From contig AP024681.1 of NCBI GenBank assembly GCA_025999335.1, forward strand, positions 3,414 through 67,413: a DNA stretch of 64,000 nucleotides. Direction: 5' to 3'. Shown here piece by piece: positions 48,043 through 57,697 of this stretch. The notes below the pieces were generated by a model. It was not told where the DNA came from. It searched no databases and saw only the letters and a program-made list of their open reading frames with translations. The stretch's first letter is position 1. Each line of letters begins with the position of its first letter. This DNA comes from Candidatus Parcubacteria bacterium (GTDB taxonomy: Bacteria; Patescibacteriota; Minisyncoccia; UBA6257; HR35). The position numbers and the translations under genes are program-made.

Positions 48043-49770
48043 TTAAGGATAAAGAATGACATTAATAATTTTATAATTCGAATCTACATCAATGTTTTGA
48101 TTATATATTTGATAACCGCTTTTTTCTACCTGTAAATTATAAGTACCATTTGCTAAATTTTGGAATAAAGCATAACCATCTAAAAGGCATAAAGAATCAA
48201 AATAAATTTTTATTTCGTTAACCAAAGGTGCAACATTAGGATCAGTAGTTTGTAAAAAAATTTTATATCTAAAGTATCTTTGAGAATTAAAGGTATTAGG
48301 CATAACAAACATACTATCGTAAAAATAACTATTTTCAGAACCATCAGGACCAATAAAATTCCAAGTAGCATTATCATTATTAGCAGCTATTTGATATTTA
48401 ATTACTGTTCCTGGTGGCATTGTTCCATCCCACATAAAAATATGATAATTAACAGATGTTGTGCCAAAATCAATTGTATTAGAAATTAACCATTCTGTTG
48501 CTGTTGAATAACCGTTACCTAAATTCTTTAAAGTAATTTTACCGCTAGCATTAATATCAATACCACTGCTAATCGCACTAAAATTATTTAACCAATTGTT
48601 ATTGAAAATATAATCGCCACCCGTAAAATTAATCATTGTTATGCTATTCTGCGTTAAAGTAACGGTTGCCTTATTAAGAGGATTTTGATTTTGATCAACA
48701 ACTTTAATTATCAAATTATTAGGTAAATTATCAGCAAGACCACTTTTAAAAACATAATTCCCTCCAGGATTAATTGCTATTTTATTCAACCAATCAAAAT
48801 TAGCGCCTCTTATAATATAATTAGAAGTTCCTAAATCGAATTTGTAACTATCCCATTCTAAATTTAAATTTTTATAACCAAAATTATCAGTAGTAGTTAC
48901 AATATCTGTCTTAATAACATCGGGATTTCTAGCAATTAATTTATCGCCTCTAAGACGGAATGGTAAATTAGCACTGCTAGTGCCACATAATTTATCAGAA
49001 AAATAAAAATTAGTGTTACTTAATCTATCAATTTGCAAAGTCAATTCTGTTAATTGATTAGAAGCAACGGTCTGATGTGGCAAAATAGGATTAGTAATAT
49101 CATTAGGAGAATAAGTTTGATCAACAGAATATCCATCTTTAGTAGTTGTCACGGCATAGGCATTTAAACCTGGAGGTACGTCAACTAAAGGAAGCACACC
49201 ATCAACGCTTGATTTATCATTAACCACAAAAGGCGAAGAAGAAATAAAAGTAACCTTAATATCAGCATTAGCAACAGGCATACCGTAAGCATCTATAACT
49301 TTAACAAATAAAGATCCGTTATTAGTTGATACTTCTAAAGCTTTGGGAGCAATAATTGTCGTTAAACTTTGTTTATTAAATTTGTAAAAACAATTTAGAC
49401 ATTCGCCTTCTATTTCTATTAATTTATAATCAGCCGGCGCAGAATCGCGCGGCGTCGAAGTAACAGTGCCATCACGCGGATCATCAATATTGCGCACGAA
49501 AAATTTAAGCCTAAAATTTACATTATTAACAGAAACTATTTTTTCTGCCGGTAAATTGCCAGGCGGAAAACCTCCTTGAATACCAATATTTTCATAATTC
49601 ATAACCTTTATTCTTTCTATTTCGTTTTGCATAATTCTATACAATTGCGATATTAACTTACTATTCAAAAAAGATTTATTTAAATTAATAAGCGTACCAA
49701 AAATTAAACCGCTTACAATTCCTAAAAGAATCACTGCTAATAAAATTTCAATAAGAGCGAAACCTTTCAT
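48043..49770 (-). CDS. Large (576 aa) prepilin-type N-terminal domain protein (minor pilin/tip-adhesin candidate)
   Basis: Start reassigned to the internal MKGFALIEILLAVILLG (ATG at 49768-49770, ATGA overlap with the pilC stop) instead of the ORF-track start 49836; rest predicted beta-rich. Confidence 0.55.
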   Translation of the reverse strand: MKGFALIEILLAVILLGIVSGLIFGTLINLNKSFLNSKLISQLYRIMQNEIERIKVMNYENIGIQGGFPPGNLPAEKIVSVNNVNFRLKFFVRNIDDPRDGTVTSTPRDSAPADYKLIEIEGECLNCFYKFNKQSLTTIIAPKALEVSTNNGSLFVKVIDAYGMPVANADIKVTFISSSPFVVNDKSSVDGVLPLVDVPPGLNAYAVTTTKDGYSVDQTYSPNDITNPILPHQTVASNQLTELTLQIDRLSNTNFYFSDKLCGTSSANLPFRLRGDKLIARNPDVIKTDIVTTTDNFGYKNLNLEWDSYKFDLGTSNYIIRGANFDWLNKIAINPGGNYVFKSGLADNLPNNLIIKVVDQNQNPLNKATVTLTQNSITMINFTGGDYIFNNNWLNNFSAISSGIDINASGKITLKNLGNGYSTATEWLISNTIDFGTTSVNYHIFMWDGTMPPGTVIKYQIAANNDNATWNFIGPDGSENSYFYDSMFVMPNTFNSQRYFRYKIFLQTTDPNVAPLVNEIKIYFDSLCLLDGYALFQNLANGTYNLQVEKSGYQIYNQNIDVDSNYKIINVILYP

Positions 49771-49771
49771 C

Positions 49772-50857
49772 TTACTGCGAAATTTTATCTGATATTTCAT
49801 AAATAGGTGTAATAATAGCAATAGCCATAAAACCAACTATAGCAGCAATTGTGAATAAAATAATAGGTTCTAACATATGCAACAATCTATCTATTTCAAT
49901 CTCTATTTCTTGTTCATAATTTTGTGTTAAATAATTTAAAGTATTTGATAAATTGCCTGTTTTTTCCCCAATATTTATCATCTTAATAAAATTATAAGGA
50001 AATAAGGATGTGTTTGTATTTAAAAATTCTTCCAAAGGATGTCCTTGAGCTATAAATTCGCTTGCTCGGAGAATACTTTTTTTGAAAACTTCATTGCTTA
50101 AAGTCTCGCTTGTTAATTGTAAAGCTTCAACAATAGGCATACCACTATTTAAAAGAAGTCCAAAAGTTCTACATAAAGAAGCTAAGTTAAATTTTTTTAC
50201 TATTTTTCCTAAAATTGGCAAATGCAAGATAAAAATATGGAAACCATAACGAATTTTATAAAATTTTTTTACTAAAAATATCATCAAAATAACCATTGCT
50301 ATCATAGCAATTAGCAAATATAAACCGTAATTCAAAATAAAAGTACTTACTTGAAAAAAAATTCTTGTCATTAAAGGCAATTCAATATTTAAACTTTCAA
50401 ACATTGGCAATAAACGAGGAAAAAGAAAATAAATAATAATAATGATAATAACAAACATTATGCCTATGATAAAAGCAGGATAAATCATAGCATTAATGAT
50501 CTTGCTTTTTAACCTATCTGCTTTTTCTAATTCTATAGCCAATTTATCGCAATTTTCTACTAACTTTCCGCTTACTTCACCAATTCTTATTAATGATATA
50601 AAAAAATTGCCTAATTGTTTTGAAAATTTAGCAAGAGAATTATATAAAAACTGTCCCTTGTCAACATCACTGATAATATTATTAATAAGAAATTTTAAAG
50701 ATTTAGATTCTGAACTTTCTTTTAAAATAACTAACGACTCTGATAAACTAATACCACTTTTTAATAACAAAGCTAAATTACGAGAGAAAAATATTCTATC
50801 CTTATTTTTAATTCTAAAAAAAAATGGTTTTTTAATAGAGTTTAAATCTTTATTCAT
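49772..50857 (-). CDS. pilC: Type IV pilus assembly platform protein PilC (GspF family)
   Basis: Two T2SF-type domains, three TM segments, 361 aa, directly downstream of pilB. Confidence 0.8.
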   Translation of the reverse strand: MNKDLNSIKKPFFFRIKNKDRIFFSRNLALLLKSGISLSESLVILKESSESKSLKFLINNIISDVDKGQFLYNSLAKFSKQLGNFFISLIRIGEVSGKLVENCDKLAIELEKADRLKSKIINAMIYPAFIIGIMFVIIIIIIYFLFPRLLPMFESLNIELPLMTRIFFQVSTFILNYGLYLLIAMIAMVILMIFLVKKFYKIRYGFHIFILHLPILGKIVKKFNLASLCRTFGLLLNSGMPIVEALQLTSETLSNEVFKKSILRASEFIAQGHPLEEFLNTNTSLFPYNFIKMINIGEKTGNLSNTLNYLTQNYEQEIEIEIDRLLHMLEPIILFTIAAIVGFMAIAIITPIYEISDKISQ

Positions 50858-52121
50858 GACTAACCCTTAATACTTCTTCTATGGTTGTAATACCATCAAT
50901 AACTTTAAAAATACCATCTTCAATCATTGTGCTCATACCTGCTTTGATAGCTTCTTGTTTTAAAATATCAGAACTTACTTTTTGAAGAATTAAATTTTTG
51001 ATTGTTTCATTGATAACTAATGTTTCATAAATTCCTGTTCTACCAATATAGCCAGTTTTATTACATACTTCGCAACCTTTTCCATAAAAAACACTGGAAA
51101 CTTTTAAAAATTTCGCTTTACTTCGAGTTGGCAATAAATCAATTAAGGACTGAATTTCAACATCTTTTAAGGAACGTTCTTGCTTGCATTTATCGCATAT
51201 TTTTCTTACCAATCTTTGTCCTATAATAATATTCACAGTTGAAGTAATTAAGTATGGTTCTATACCTAATTCTATTAATCTAATAACAGCGCTTGGTGCA
51301 TCGTTAGTGTGTAGTGTCGAAAGTAATAAATGCCCAGTAAGAGCTGCATTAACGCTAATTTCTGCAGTTTCTTGATCACGAATTTCGCCTACCATAATAA
51401 TATCTGGATCTTGACGTAAAATAGTGCGCAAACCTTTGCTAAAAGTTAGATTTGTTTGTAAATTAACTTGAGTTTGGGTTATACCTTCAATAGCGTATTC
51501 AATAGGATCTTCAATGGTTATAATATGCACTCCTTCGGTATTTAAAACATTTAAAATTGTATAAAGCATTGTTGTTTTGCCTGAACCAGTTGGACCAGTA
51601 GCTAAAATCATACCATAAGGCTTTTTAATAGCTCTTTTAATTTTAGTTAAATCTTTAGATGATAAACCTAATTTATCTAAAGAGAATAAAGCACCGGGAC
51701 TAACTAATAATCTTAAAATAGCATTTTCTCCATAATAGGTAGGCATAATTGATATTCTAACGTCAAAAAACTTTTTATCTTCATAATAAAATCTAAATCT
51801 TCCATCTTGAGCAGCAAAATGTTCGTCTATCCGCAAATTAGAGATAATTTTTAAACGAGATATAACTTCATCTTGTAAAGGTTTTGCTATTTCAAAAATA
51901 TTATGGGTTATACCATCAATTCGAAATCTTACCAACAAACAACTTTCTTTAGGTTGAAAATGAATATCCGAAGCTCTTAATTGGTAAGCATAAATAATAA
52001 TATTATTAACAATATCAACAATCGATGCTTTTTCTAAAGGTTTTTTAATTTCTTCTTCTATAATATTTTTTAAATTATTTTTAGCTTCACTCATTGAATA
52101 TTTCTGTAGACAAACGATCAA
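50850..52121 (-). CDS. pilB: Type IV pilus assembly ATPase PilB (GspE family)
   Basis: Walker A GPTGSGKTT, Asp box, His box, C-terminal CDKC...CEVC tetracysteine. Confidence 0.85.
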   Translation of the reverse strand: MIVCLQKYSMSEAKNNLKNIIEEEIKKPLEKASIVDIVNNIIIYAYQLRASDIHFQPKESCLLVRFRIDGITHNIFEIAKPLQDEVISRLKIISNLRIDEHFAAQDGRFRFYYEDKKFFDVRISIMPTYYGENAILRLLVSPGALFSLDKLGLSSKDLTKIKRAIKKPYGMILATGPTGSGKTTMLYTILNVLNTEGVHIITIEDPIEYAIEGITQTQVNLQTNLTFSKGLRTILRQDPDIIMVGEIRDQETAEISVNAALTGHLLLSTLHTNDAPSAVIRLIELGIEPYLITSTVNIIIGQRLVRKICDKCKQERSLKDVEIQSLIDLLPTRSKAKFLKVSSVFYGKGCEVCNKTGYIGRTGIYETLVINETIKNLILQKVSSDILKQEAIKAGMSTMIEDGIFKVIDGITTIEEVLRVSHE

Positions 52122-52911
52122 AAATTAATTGCGGATTATGATAAAAAGATTTAAGATTCTCTCTAATAACTTGAAAAATATCATCAAATTCCGTTGGTAA
52201 TTTTTTATGACGATAAGGATTAGCCAACGATAAAATTTGTTGATTAATATAAGGATGCCATTTATTCAACTCTTTTAATTTTGCTGCTATATTTTTAATA
52301 ATATTATAAGTATCAATAACTATAGTTGCTCGTTGCTCTCTTATTTTGATTGCTTCTTCTAATTTTTCATCTAAAAACAAATCGCATTTTTTTAAAATTG
52401 GTTCAAAAATACTGCCCGCTATATTTTCGTATTGTTCATAAACTAATCCTAAAGTAACATAATAGGCTTGCTCGATTGAATCTATCAAAGCAGAATTAGA
52501 TTCCATTATTTCAGGTTGATTATCCAAATATTGACGATAAATATTAAGAGCAACATAAGCTTTTTCACGAATATTCAACTCTTTCTCAATATTAAAATTC
52601 ATCATTAAACGTGCTAATTCTTGAGGAATAATAACTGCTGGCAATTCACGAATGCCCAATTCTTTTGCAGCTAAATATCGATGCTGACCATCAACAATAG
52701 TATAATTCCCCTCGCTCTCTTCAACAACAATTACCGGAACAATAAAACCAATTCTTTCAATCGATGAAGATAAATGTTTAATATGATGCAAACTCGGTTT
52801 TCTTTGGAAAGATATTACTTGCAATCGATCAATAGGAATAATAGCAAATTCTAACTTATTCCCTAAATAAGGATCCTTAAAAATCATTTGAATATGTTTT
52901 TTTCTGATCAT
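52087..52911 (-). CDS. ParB/Srx-like nuclease-domain protein
   Basis: ParB N-terminal domain pattern VPVIVVEE...YTIVDGQHRYLAAKELGIRELPAVII; overlaps the pilB start by 35 nt. Confidence 0.55.
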   Translation of the reverse strand: MIRKKHIQMIFKDPYLGNKLEFAIIPIDRLQVISFQRKPSLHHIKHLSSSIERIGFIVPVIVVEESEGNYTIVDGQHRYLAAKELGIRELPAVIIPQELARLMMNFNIEKELNIREKAYVALNIYRQYLDNQPEIMESNSALIDSIEQAYYVTLGLVYEQYENIAGSIFEPILKKCDLFLDEKLEEAIKIREQRATIVIDTYNIIKNIAAKLKELNKWHPYINQQILSLANPYRHKKLPTEFDDIFQVIRENLKSFYHNPQLIFDRLSTEIFNE

Positions 52912-52917
52912 TAGAAG

Positions 52918-53004
52918 CGGAGGGGGTGGGATTCGAACCCACGAGTCCGTTATTCACGGACGCAGTTTAGCAAACTGCTGCCTTAACCACTAGGCTACCC
53001 CTCC
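52918..53004 (-). tRNA. tRNA-Ser (anticodon GCT)
   Basis: Reverse complement: acceptor GGAGGGG/CCCCTCC, anticodon loop TTGCTAA, long variable arm GTCCG-TGAATAA-CGGAC, T-arm GTGGG-TTCGAAT-CCCAC, discriminator G. Confidence 0.85.
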
Positions 53005-53074
53005 ATTTTCCCTAATCTTACTTAAATTATATCTTAAAATAAAATTTATTGCTCAAATTCATTTTTACATTTAA

Positions 53075-53437
53075 TCATAACATATCGCGAAAGTAAGGTA
53101 AAAAAATAATCAACCCAACAACTAACGCCATTAATGAAATTAAAAGAACAATCGCTGCTAAAAAATCTTTTAAATCTCTAACAACCTCGTTATAATTAGG
53201 GTGTATAAAATCAAGCAATCTCTCGAAAAAAGTATTTAATAATTCAAAACTTAAAACCAATAAAGCCATTATTAATAAAATTATTTTTTCTATTTTCGTT
53301 GTCGGTAGATAAAACATTAAAATTATTAAAAGAATAAAAAATAATAACATAAATTGAAAACTATTCTCTTCTCTGATGATTCTTTTAAAACCATGAAAAG
53401 CGTGTTTAAAACTTTTAATTATTTTACGGATGTTCAT
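53075..53437 (-). CDS. dgkA: Diacylglycerol kinase / undecaprenol kinase (DgkA family)
   Basis: 120 aa, three TM segments, ELLNTFFERLLDF motif. Confidence 0.7.
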   Translation of the reverse strand: MNIRKIIKSFKHAFHGFKRIIREENSFQFMLLFFILLIILMFYLPTTKIEKIILLIMALLVLSFELLNTFFERLLDFIHPNYNEVVRDLKDFLAAIVLLISLMALVVGLIIFLPYFRDML

Positions 53438-55121
53438 AGCCTAATTTTTCTTTTTCTTTTAATTGCTGAAGATGATTGCTTTTTAGATTATTAAAAAATT
53501 CTTTAGAAAGATTATTTTCGTTTCTTAAAAGCATACCCAAATAATCAGCGCCTAAAAAATATGGCATCAATACATAATCGCAATTAGCTTTGTATAAATC
53601 AAAAGCATCTTTTATTCGATGAGTAGTAGCTATAAAAATTCCTTCTTTATTTTCTTTTTTATATTTTTCATTAATCATCATATTGATTGAATAATCAGGC
53701 ACAGTTGAAATAACCAGGTTAACCTTACGCCAATCAAATAAATTTAAAAATTCTATTTCGCTTGCATCACCAAAAACAACATTTATTCTTTGTTGTTGCA
53801 ATTGCTTAACTTTCGAATCATCAAAATCAATTACTAAGACTTTATACCCTTTCTCTAAAAGATATTGCAATAAACTAAAACCAGTTCTATCGCAACCTAT
53901 TAAAACAACATCATAATTCTCGACTTCGCTTTCTGTTTCTGGTTTAGGTTTACGTTCTAAAAAGAAAAAGAATTTTCTAAATAATAAATATAATTTATCA
54001 GCGTAGACAAATGAATAGCTTGATACTAAAATGGTAATAATACCTATTAAAGCCATTAAAGACATTATTTCATCAGATAACTGGTTAAAGGTTTGGCCAA
54101 TTTTTATAAGAATAAAAGAAAATTCACTAATTTGAGCTGAAGTTAAACCAAGTAAAAAACTAGTTCGCAAAGAATAACCTAAAGGCACTAAAAATAATAT
54201 CATTATTAATGGATTACCTATTAAAACAAATAAAGATAATAAAATAGCTTGCCAAACAATTTCATTCGGAATGTTATTAATAAAGACATTTGTGCCTATA
54301 AAGATAAAAAACAAAATTAAGAAAAAATCTCTAACAGGTTTTAATTTAGATGCAATTTCTACGCTTGATGTTAAAGACGATAAACTAATACCTGCTATTA
54401 AAGCCCCTGCTTCTAATCCAAATTTTAAATATTTAAATAAAGCGCCAATACCTAAACTAAATGCTAAAGAAAATAAAAATAAGAATTCTTGCGATGAATT
54501 TAAAAACCCTTCAATTTTAGGAAAAATTTTTAAAGATGCTAAAGGCACTAATAAAAGCGCTAATAAACCAAGAAAAATATTGCTACTTTTTTGTTGATAA
54601 TCAATGATATTGGGAGCATAAATAAAAGGCAAGATAAAAATAATTAAAATAGTTATTAAGTCTTGAACTAACAAAAAACCTATAGATAATTTGCCATAAG
54701 TTTTATTTAAATCACCCTTATCGTTGATTAATTTCAACATAATAATCGTACTACTAAAAGATAAAGCTAAAGAAATATAAAAGGATTCAATATTGTTAAA
54801 ACCGATTGCTTTTAATAAAACAAACCCAATAGCTACGGTTAAAATTTCTTGCAAAATACCTATAACTAACGCTGCCTTGCCTATTTCTCTTAAATTTTTT
54901 AATTTTAATTCTAATCCTACAATAAATAACAAAAAAGCAATACCAAGATCGGCAAAAACATCAATTACTTCAAGTTTTATATTAGAACTAATAAAAAAAT
55001 TACTCAAAACAACACCAGCAATAATATAAGCAATAATTAATGGCTGATTTAAAATCTTTAAAATAAAAGTTATAAAAAATGAAGTGATAAAAATAATAGC
55101 TAAATGAATAAAATCTATCAT
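53424..55121 (-). CDS. Kef-type (CPA2) cation:proton antiporter with C-terminal TrkA-N/RCK domain
   Basis: ~11 TM Na_H_exchanger-like N-terminus plus Rossmann VVLIGCDRTGFSLLQYLLEKGYKVLVIDFD. Confidence 0.7.
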   Translation of the reverse strand: MIDFIHLAIIFITSFFITFILKILNQPLIIAYIIAGVVLSNFFISSNIKLEVIDVFADLGIAFLLFIVGLELKLKNLREIGKAALVIGILQEILTVAIGFVLLKAIGFNNIESFYISLALSFSSTIIMLKLINDKGDLNKTYGKLSIGFLLVQDLITILIIFILPFIYAPNIIDYQQKSSNIFLGLLALLLVPLASLKIFPKIEGFLNSSQEFLFLFSLAFSLGIGALFKYLKFGLEAGALIAGISLSSLTSSVEIASKLKPVRDFFLILFFIFIGTNVFINNIPNEIVWQAILLSLFVLIGNPLIMILFLVPLGYSLRTSFLLGLTSAQISEFSFILIKIGQTFNQLSDEIMSLMALIGIITILVSSYSFVYADKLYLLFRKFFFFLERKPKPETESEVENYDVVLIGCDRTGFSLLQYLLEKGYKVLVIDFDDSKVKQLQQQRINVVFGDASEIEFLNLFDWRKVNLVISTVPDYSINMMINEKYKKENKEGIFIATTHRIKDAFDLYKANCDYVLMPYFLGADYLGMLLRNENNLSKEFFNNLKSNHLQQLKEKEKLGYEHP

Positions 55122-55133
55122 TGTTTTATTTAC

Positions 55134-55853
55134 TTAATCGCCTACCAAAGGCACAAAACTAAACCCAAAATAAAATTCTTTATTTATTTTATCACCTGAT
55201 TTTTTAATTTTATATATGCCATTATCAGCAGGAATAACTAAAACACCATTATCGTTAAGTTGATCAAGCAATGATTGGGGAATCTTTTTAGCTGCAGCGC
55301 TAATTAAAATTCTATCAAAAGGCGCTTTTTCTGGTAATCCTTTAGAACCATCGCCTAAAAAAATCTCAACTATGCCCTTCTTTAAAAAATTATATTTTTC
55401 GATATTCCTTTTGCCGAACTCAAAAACTTCAGGAGCTATTTCAATTGCATAGACTTTTCCAGACGCGAACTCTTGCGAACCATCTCGCGAACTTGTGCGA
55501 ACTTTATCATCTTCTATTCGTGTAGGTTCGCGATTGCTATTATAGTTCGTATTTGTTCGTGTTATCTCCGCCAACAAACAAGTAGTCCAACCCGAACCAA
55601 AACCAACATCTAAAATTTTTTGTTCTTGTTTCGGCTCTAAAAGTTCCAACATAAAAGCAACCGTGTAAGGCTGGGAAATGGTTTGTTCCCTTCCAATTGG
55701 CAAAGGATAATCATTATAAGCCTCATTTAAAAATTCTTGAGGCACAAAATCTTTACGGTCAATTCTTAAGAAAGCTTTAATAATTTCCGGAGTTTTTAAT
55801 ACTTTTCTTTCTTTTAAAGATTCAACTAATTCTTTATTACTTTGATAAAACAT
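55134..55853 (-). CDS. pcm: Protein-L-isoaspartate O-methyltransferase, with 33-34-codon in-frame insert
   Basis: ISQPYTVAFMLELL, SAM-binding ILDVGFGSGWTTCLLAEI ... GKVYAIEI, C-terminal FDRILISAAA...IPAD. Confidence 0.8.
   Translation of the reverse strand: MFYQSNKELVESLKERKVLKTPEIIKAFLRIDRKDFVPQEFLNEAYNDYPLPIGREQTISQPYTVAFMLELLEPKQEQKILDVGFGSGWTTCLLAEITRTNTNYNSNREPTRIEDDKVRTSSRDGSQEFASGKVYAIEIAPEVFEFGKRNIEKYNFLKKGIVEIFLGDGSKGLPEKAPFDRILISAAAKKIPQSLLDQLNDNGVLVIPADNGIYKIKKSGDKINKEFYFGFSFVPLVGD
55463..55561. repeat. ~99-nt GCGAAC-rich palindromic element inserted in frame in pcm
   Basis: + strand cgcgaactcttgcgaaccatctcgcgaacttgtgcgaac...ggttcgcg...gttcgtatttgttcgtgt; gene-sense termini ACACGAAC...GTTCGCGT (imperfect inverted repeat); encodes TRTNTNYNSNREPTRIEDDKVRTSSRDGSQEFAS absent from Pcm orthologs. 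Confidence 0.65.
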
Positions 55854-56107
55854 TAATTAATATTAATTAATTATAAACATTAATTAATTATAAACAATTA
55901 AATCTTATGTCATCAAAATCCCTAAACTCTAACCTTTAATATTATATTATTTGATTATTTGTTTTAATTTTAAATTTGCCCAAATTTTCACGATCGTAAA
56001 TTTTTGGATACAATATTTTTGAGGGAATAATATTTTTTAATATTTTTTTAGATACAATAATTTTAAATAATTTTTAATGATCGTAATACTTAAATTTGAA
56101 CTCTTAA

Positions 56108-56884
56108 TTATTTATAATTTTTTATAATTTCTATAAAACCTAAATAAGTTTTGAAGGGATCTTCTGTATTGTAAATAGCGCTTGCCATAATAATAAAATC
56201 AGGTTCATAAGTTAAAATTTGTCTTAAATTTTGCTGATTTATACCACCATCAATCATCAATTTTTGATTTTTTTTAAGTTTTTTTTTAATAAAAGCAAGA
56301 CGATTATAAGTATCTTCTAAAAAACTCTGGCCGGCTCTTCCTGGATTAACTCCTAAAATTAATACGCCATTAACAAAATCTAAATATTTTTTAATAAAGT
56401 CAAAAGTAATTTTAGGTGACCAACCTATAAATATCTCTTTTTTTGTTTTTTTAGCTAATTTTAAAAGACCATCGGGATTAGAACTTGCCTCTAAATGCAA
56501 AATTAATCTTTTAACATTTTCTTTCGCCCACTTTAGAATTTCTTGAGGTTTTAAAGGAATCATTAGATGAATGTCAAATACTATGCGCGAACTACTACGA
56601 ACACTATTATTAATCGCGAACTTATGCGAACTCCCATCCGAACCATTGCCAACATCATTATCATCTGTTGGCATCAGTTCGCGGTTATTACCATAATTCG
56701 CATCAATTCGTGTCAATTCTAATCTATCCAAATCATTATAATTCCTCCAGGTTTCATAACCAGTAAAACTTTTTTCGGCTACATCTAAATGAAAATTTTG
56801 GGTTGAATCTTTCAAAATATTAACTTTCTCCTTAATTTCTTCAAAACTCTGAGCATTAATTGCCGGAATAATTTTTGTTTTCAT
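56108..56884 (-). CDS. rpe: Ribulose-phosphate 3-epimerase-like (divergent), with ~43-codon in-frame insert
   Basis: DIHLMIPLKP, ILGVNPGRAGQSF, MIDGGIN motifs of the ribulose-phosphate-binding barrel; adjacent to rpiB. Confidence 0.6.
   Translation of the reverse strand: MKTKIIPAINAQSFEEIKEKVNILKDSTQNFHLDVAEKSFTGYETWRNYNDLDRLELTRIDANYGNNRELMPTDDNDVGNGSDGSSHKFAINNSVRSSSRIVFDIHLMIPLKPQEILKWAKENVKRLILHLEASSNPDGLLKLAKKTKKEIFIGWSPKITFDFIKKYLDFVNGVLILGVNPGRAGQSFLEDTYNRLAFIKKKLKKNQKLMIDGGINQQNLRQILTYEPDFIIMASAIYNTEDPFKTYLGFIEIIKNYK
56586..56713. repeat. ~128-nt GCGAAC-rich palindromic element inserted in frame in rpe; homologous to the pcm insert
   Basis: Gene-sense ACACGAATTGATGCGAATTATGGTAATAACCGCGAAC...GTTCGCGC aligns at ~70% identity with the pcm element; encodes TRIDANYGNNRELMPTDDNDVGNGSDGSSHKFAINNSVRSSSR (compare TRTNTNYNSNREPT...SRDGSQEFA). 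Confidence 0.65.
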
Positions 56885-57317
56885 AATCTACTATTTTTTG
56901 AATTCTTCTTTTATATCTGGATAGGTTTTTAAATTTAGTTTTTAAAAATAGTAAAGTTAATTTTAATGCCATAACTTTATTAATAAAATCAGCCGGCAAG
57001 CATAAAACATTTATATCATCATCCTCTCGTGCTTTTCTAATAATTGCTTGACTAATGCCTAAACCAGCTCTAACGCCTTTAATTTTATTAGCAGCAACAC
57101 ATACTCCAATACCAGAACCGCAAATTAAAATTCCCCTACTACCCTTATGTTCGTTAACTTTAATACCGACTAAAAAAGAGATATCCGGATAATCATCGTT
57201 AATATCATATTGATAATTACCAACGTCTATTACTTTATATTTTTTTTTAATTAGTTTATCTTTGAGATATTTTTTTAAAGCAAAACCACGATGATCGCTG
57301 CCTATAAAAATTATCAT
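56856..57317 (-). CDS. rpiB: Ribose-5-phosphate isomerase B
   Basis: MIIFIGSDHRGFALK N-terminus, GILICGSGIGVCVAANK. Confidence 0.8.
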   Translation of the reverse strand: MIIFIGSDHRGFALKKYLKDKLIKKKYKVIDVGNYQYDINDDYPDISFLVGIKVNEHKGSRGILICGSGIGVCVAANKIKGVRAGLGISQAIIRKAREDDDINVLCLPADFINKVMALKLTLLFLKTKFKNLSRYKRRIQKIVDYENKNYSGN

Positions 57318-57697
57318 TATTTATTTAAAATTTTATCGCTTAAAAGTTCCAATAATATTTTCAAATTCATCGTTGTTTCTTCTTCGCTAGTACTATTAAT
57401 AAATTTATACCATTGTTCTAAAATTGCATTATCTTGAATATCATAAACAGCTTGATTTAATTCTAATTTAGTTTTAAAATCCGGAGCTTCTTTAGCTAAA
57501 AGAACTTTCTTAACAAATAAATTTAAAAATTCTGCAGCTTTAAAATTTAAAGGTTTTTTAACTTGAAAAGTTGCTTTTGTAGTAATATCCTGGGCAATAG
57601 AATCAATTTTTGCTTCTAATATTTTATTTTGATAAATCAAAAAAGCATTAAAAATTATTAATATAATTATTATTATAATATATACAGCTTTATTCAT
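57317..57697 (-). CDS. hypothetical membrane-anchored protein
   Basis: 126 aa, N-terminal TM; start overlaps the upstream ORF. Confidence 0.35.
   Translation of the reverse strand: MNKAVYIIIIIILIIFNAFLIYQNKILEAKIDSIAQDITTKATFQVKKPLNFKAAEFLNLFVKKVLLAKEAPDFKTKLELNQAVYDIQDNAILEQWYKFINSTSEEETTMNLKILLELLSDKILNK

Noticed and set aside
54271-55029. Antisense ORFs 54271..54597 and 54793..55029 inside the antiporter gene
   Set aside because: Overlap a convincing polytopic transporter ORF on the other strand; Lys/Asn-rich low-complexity
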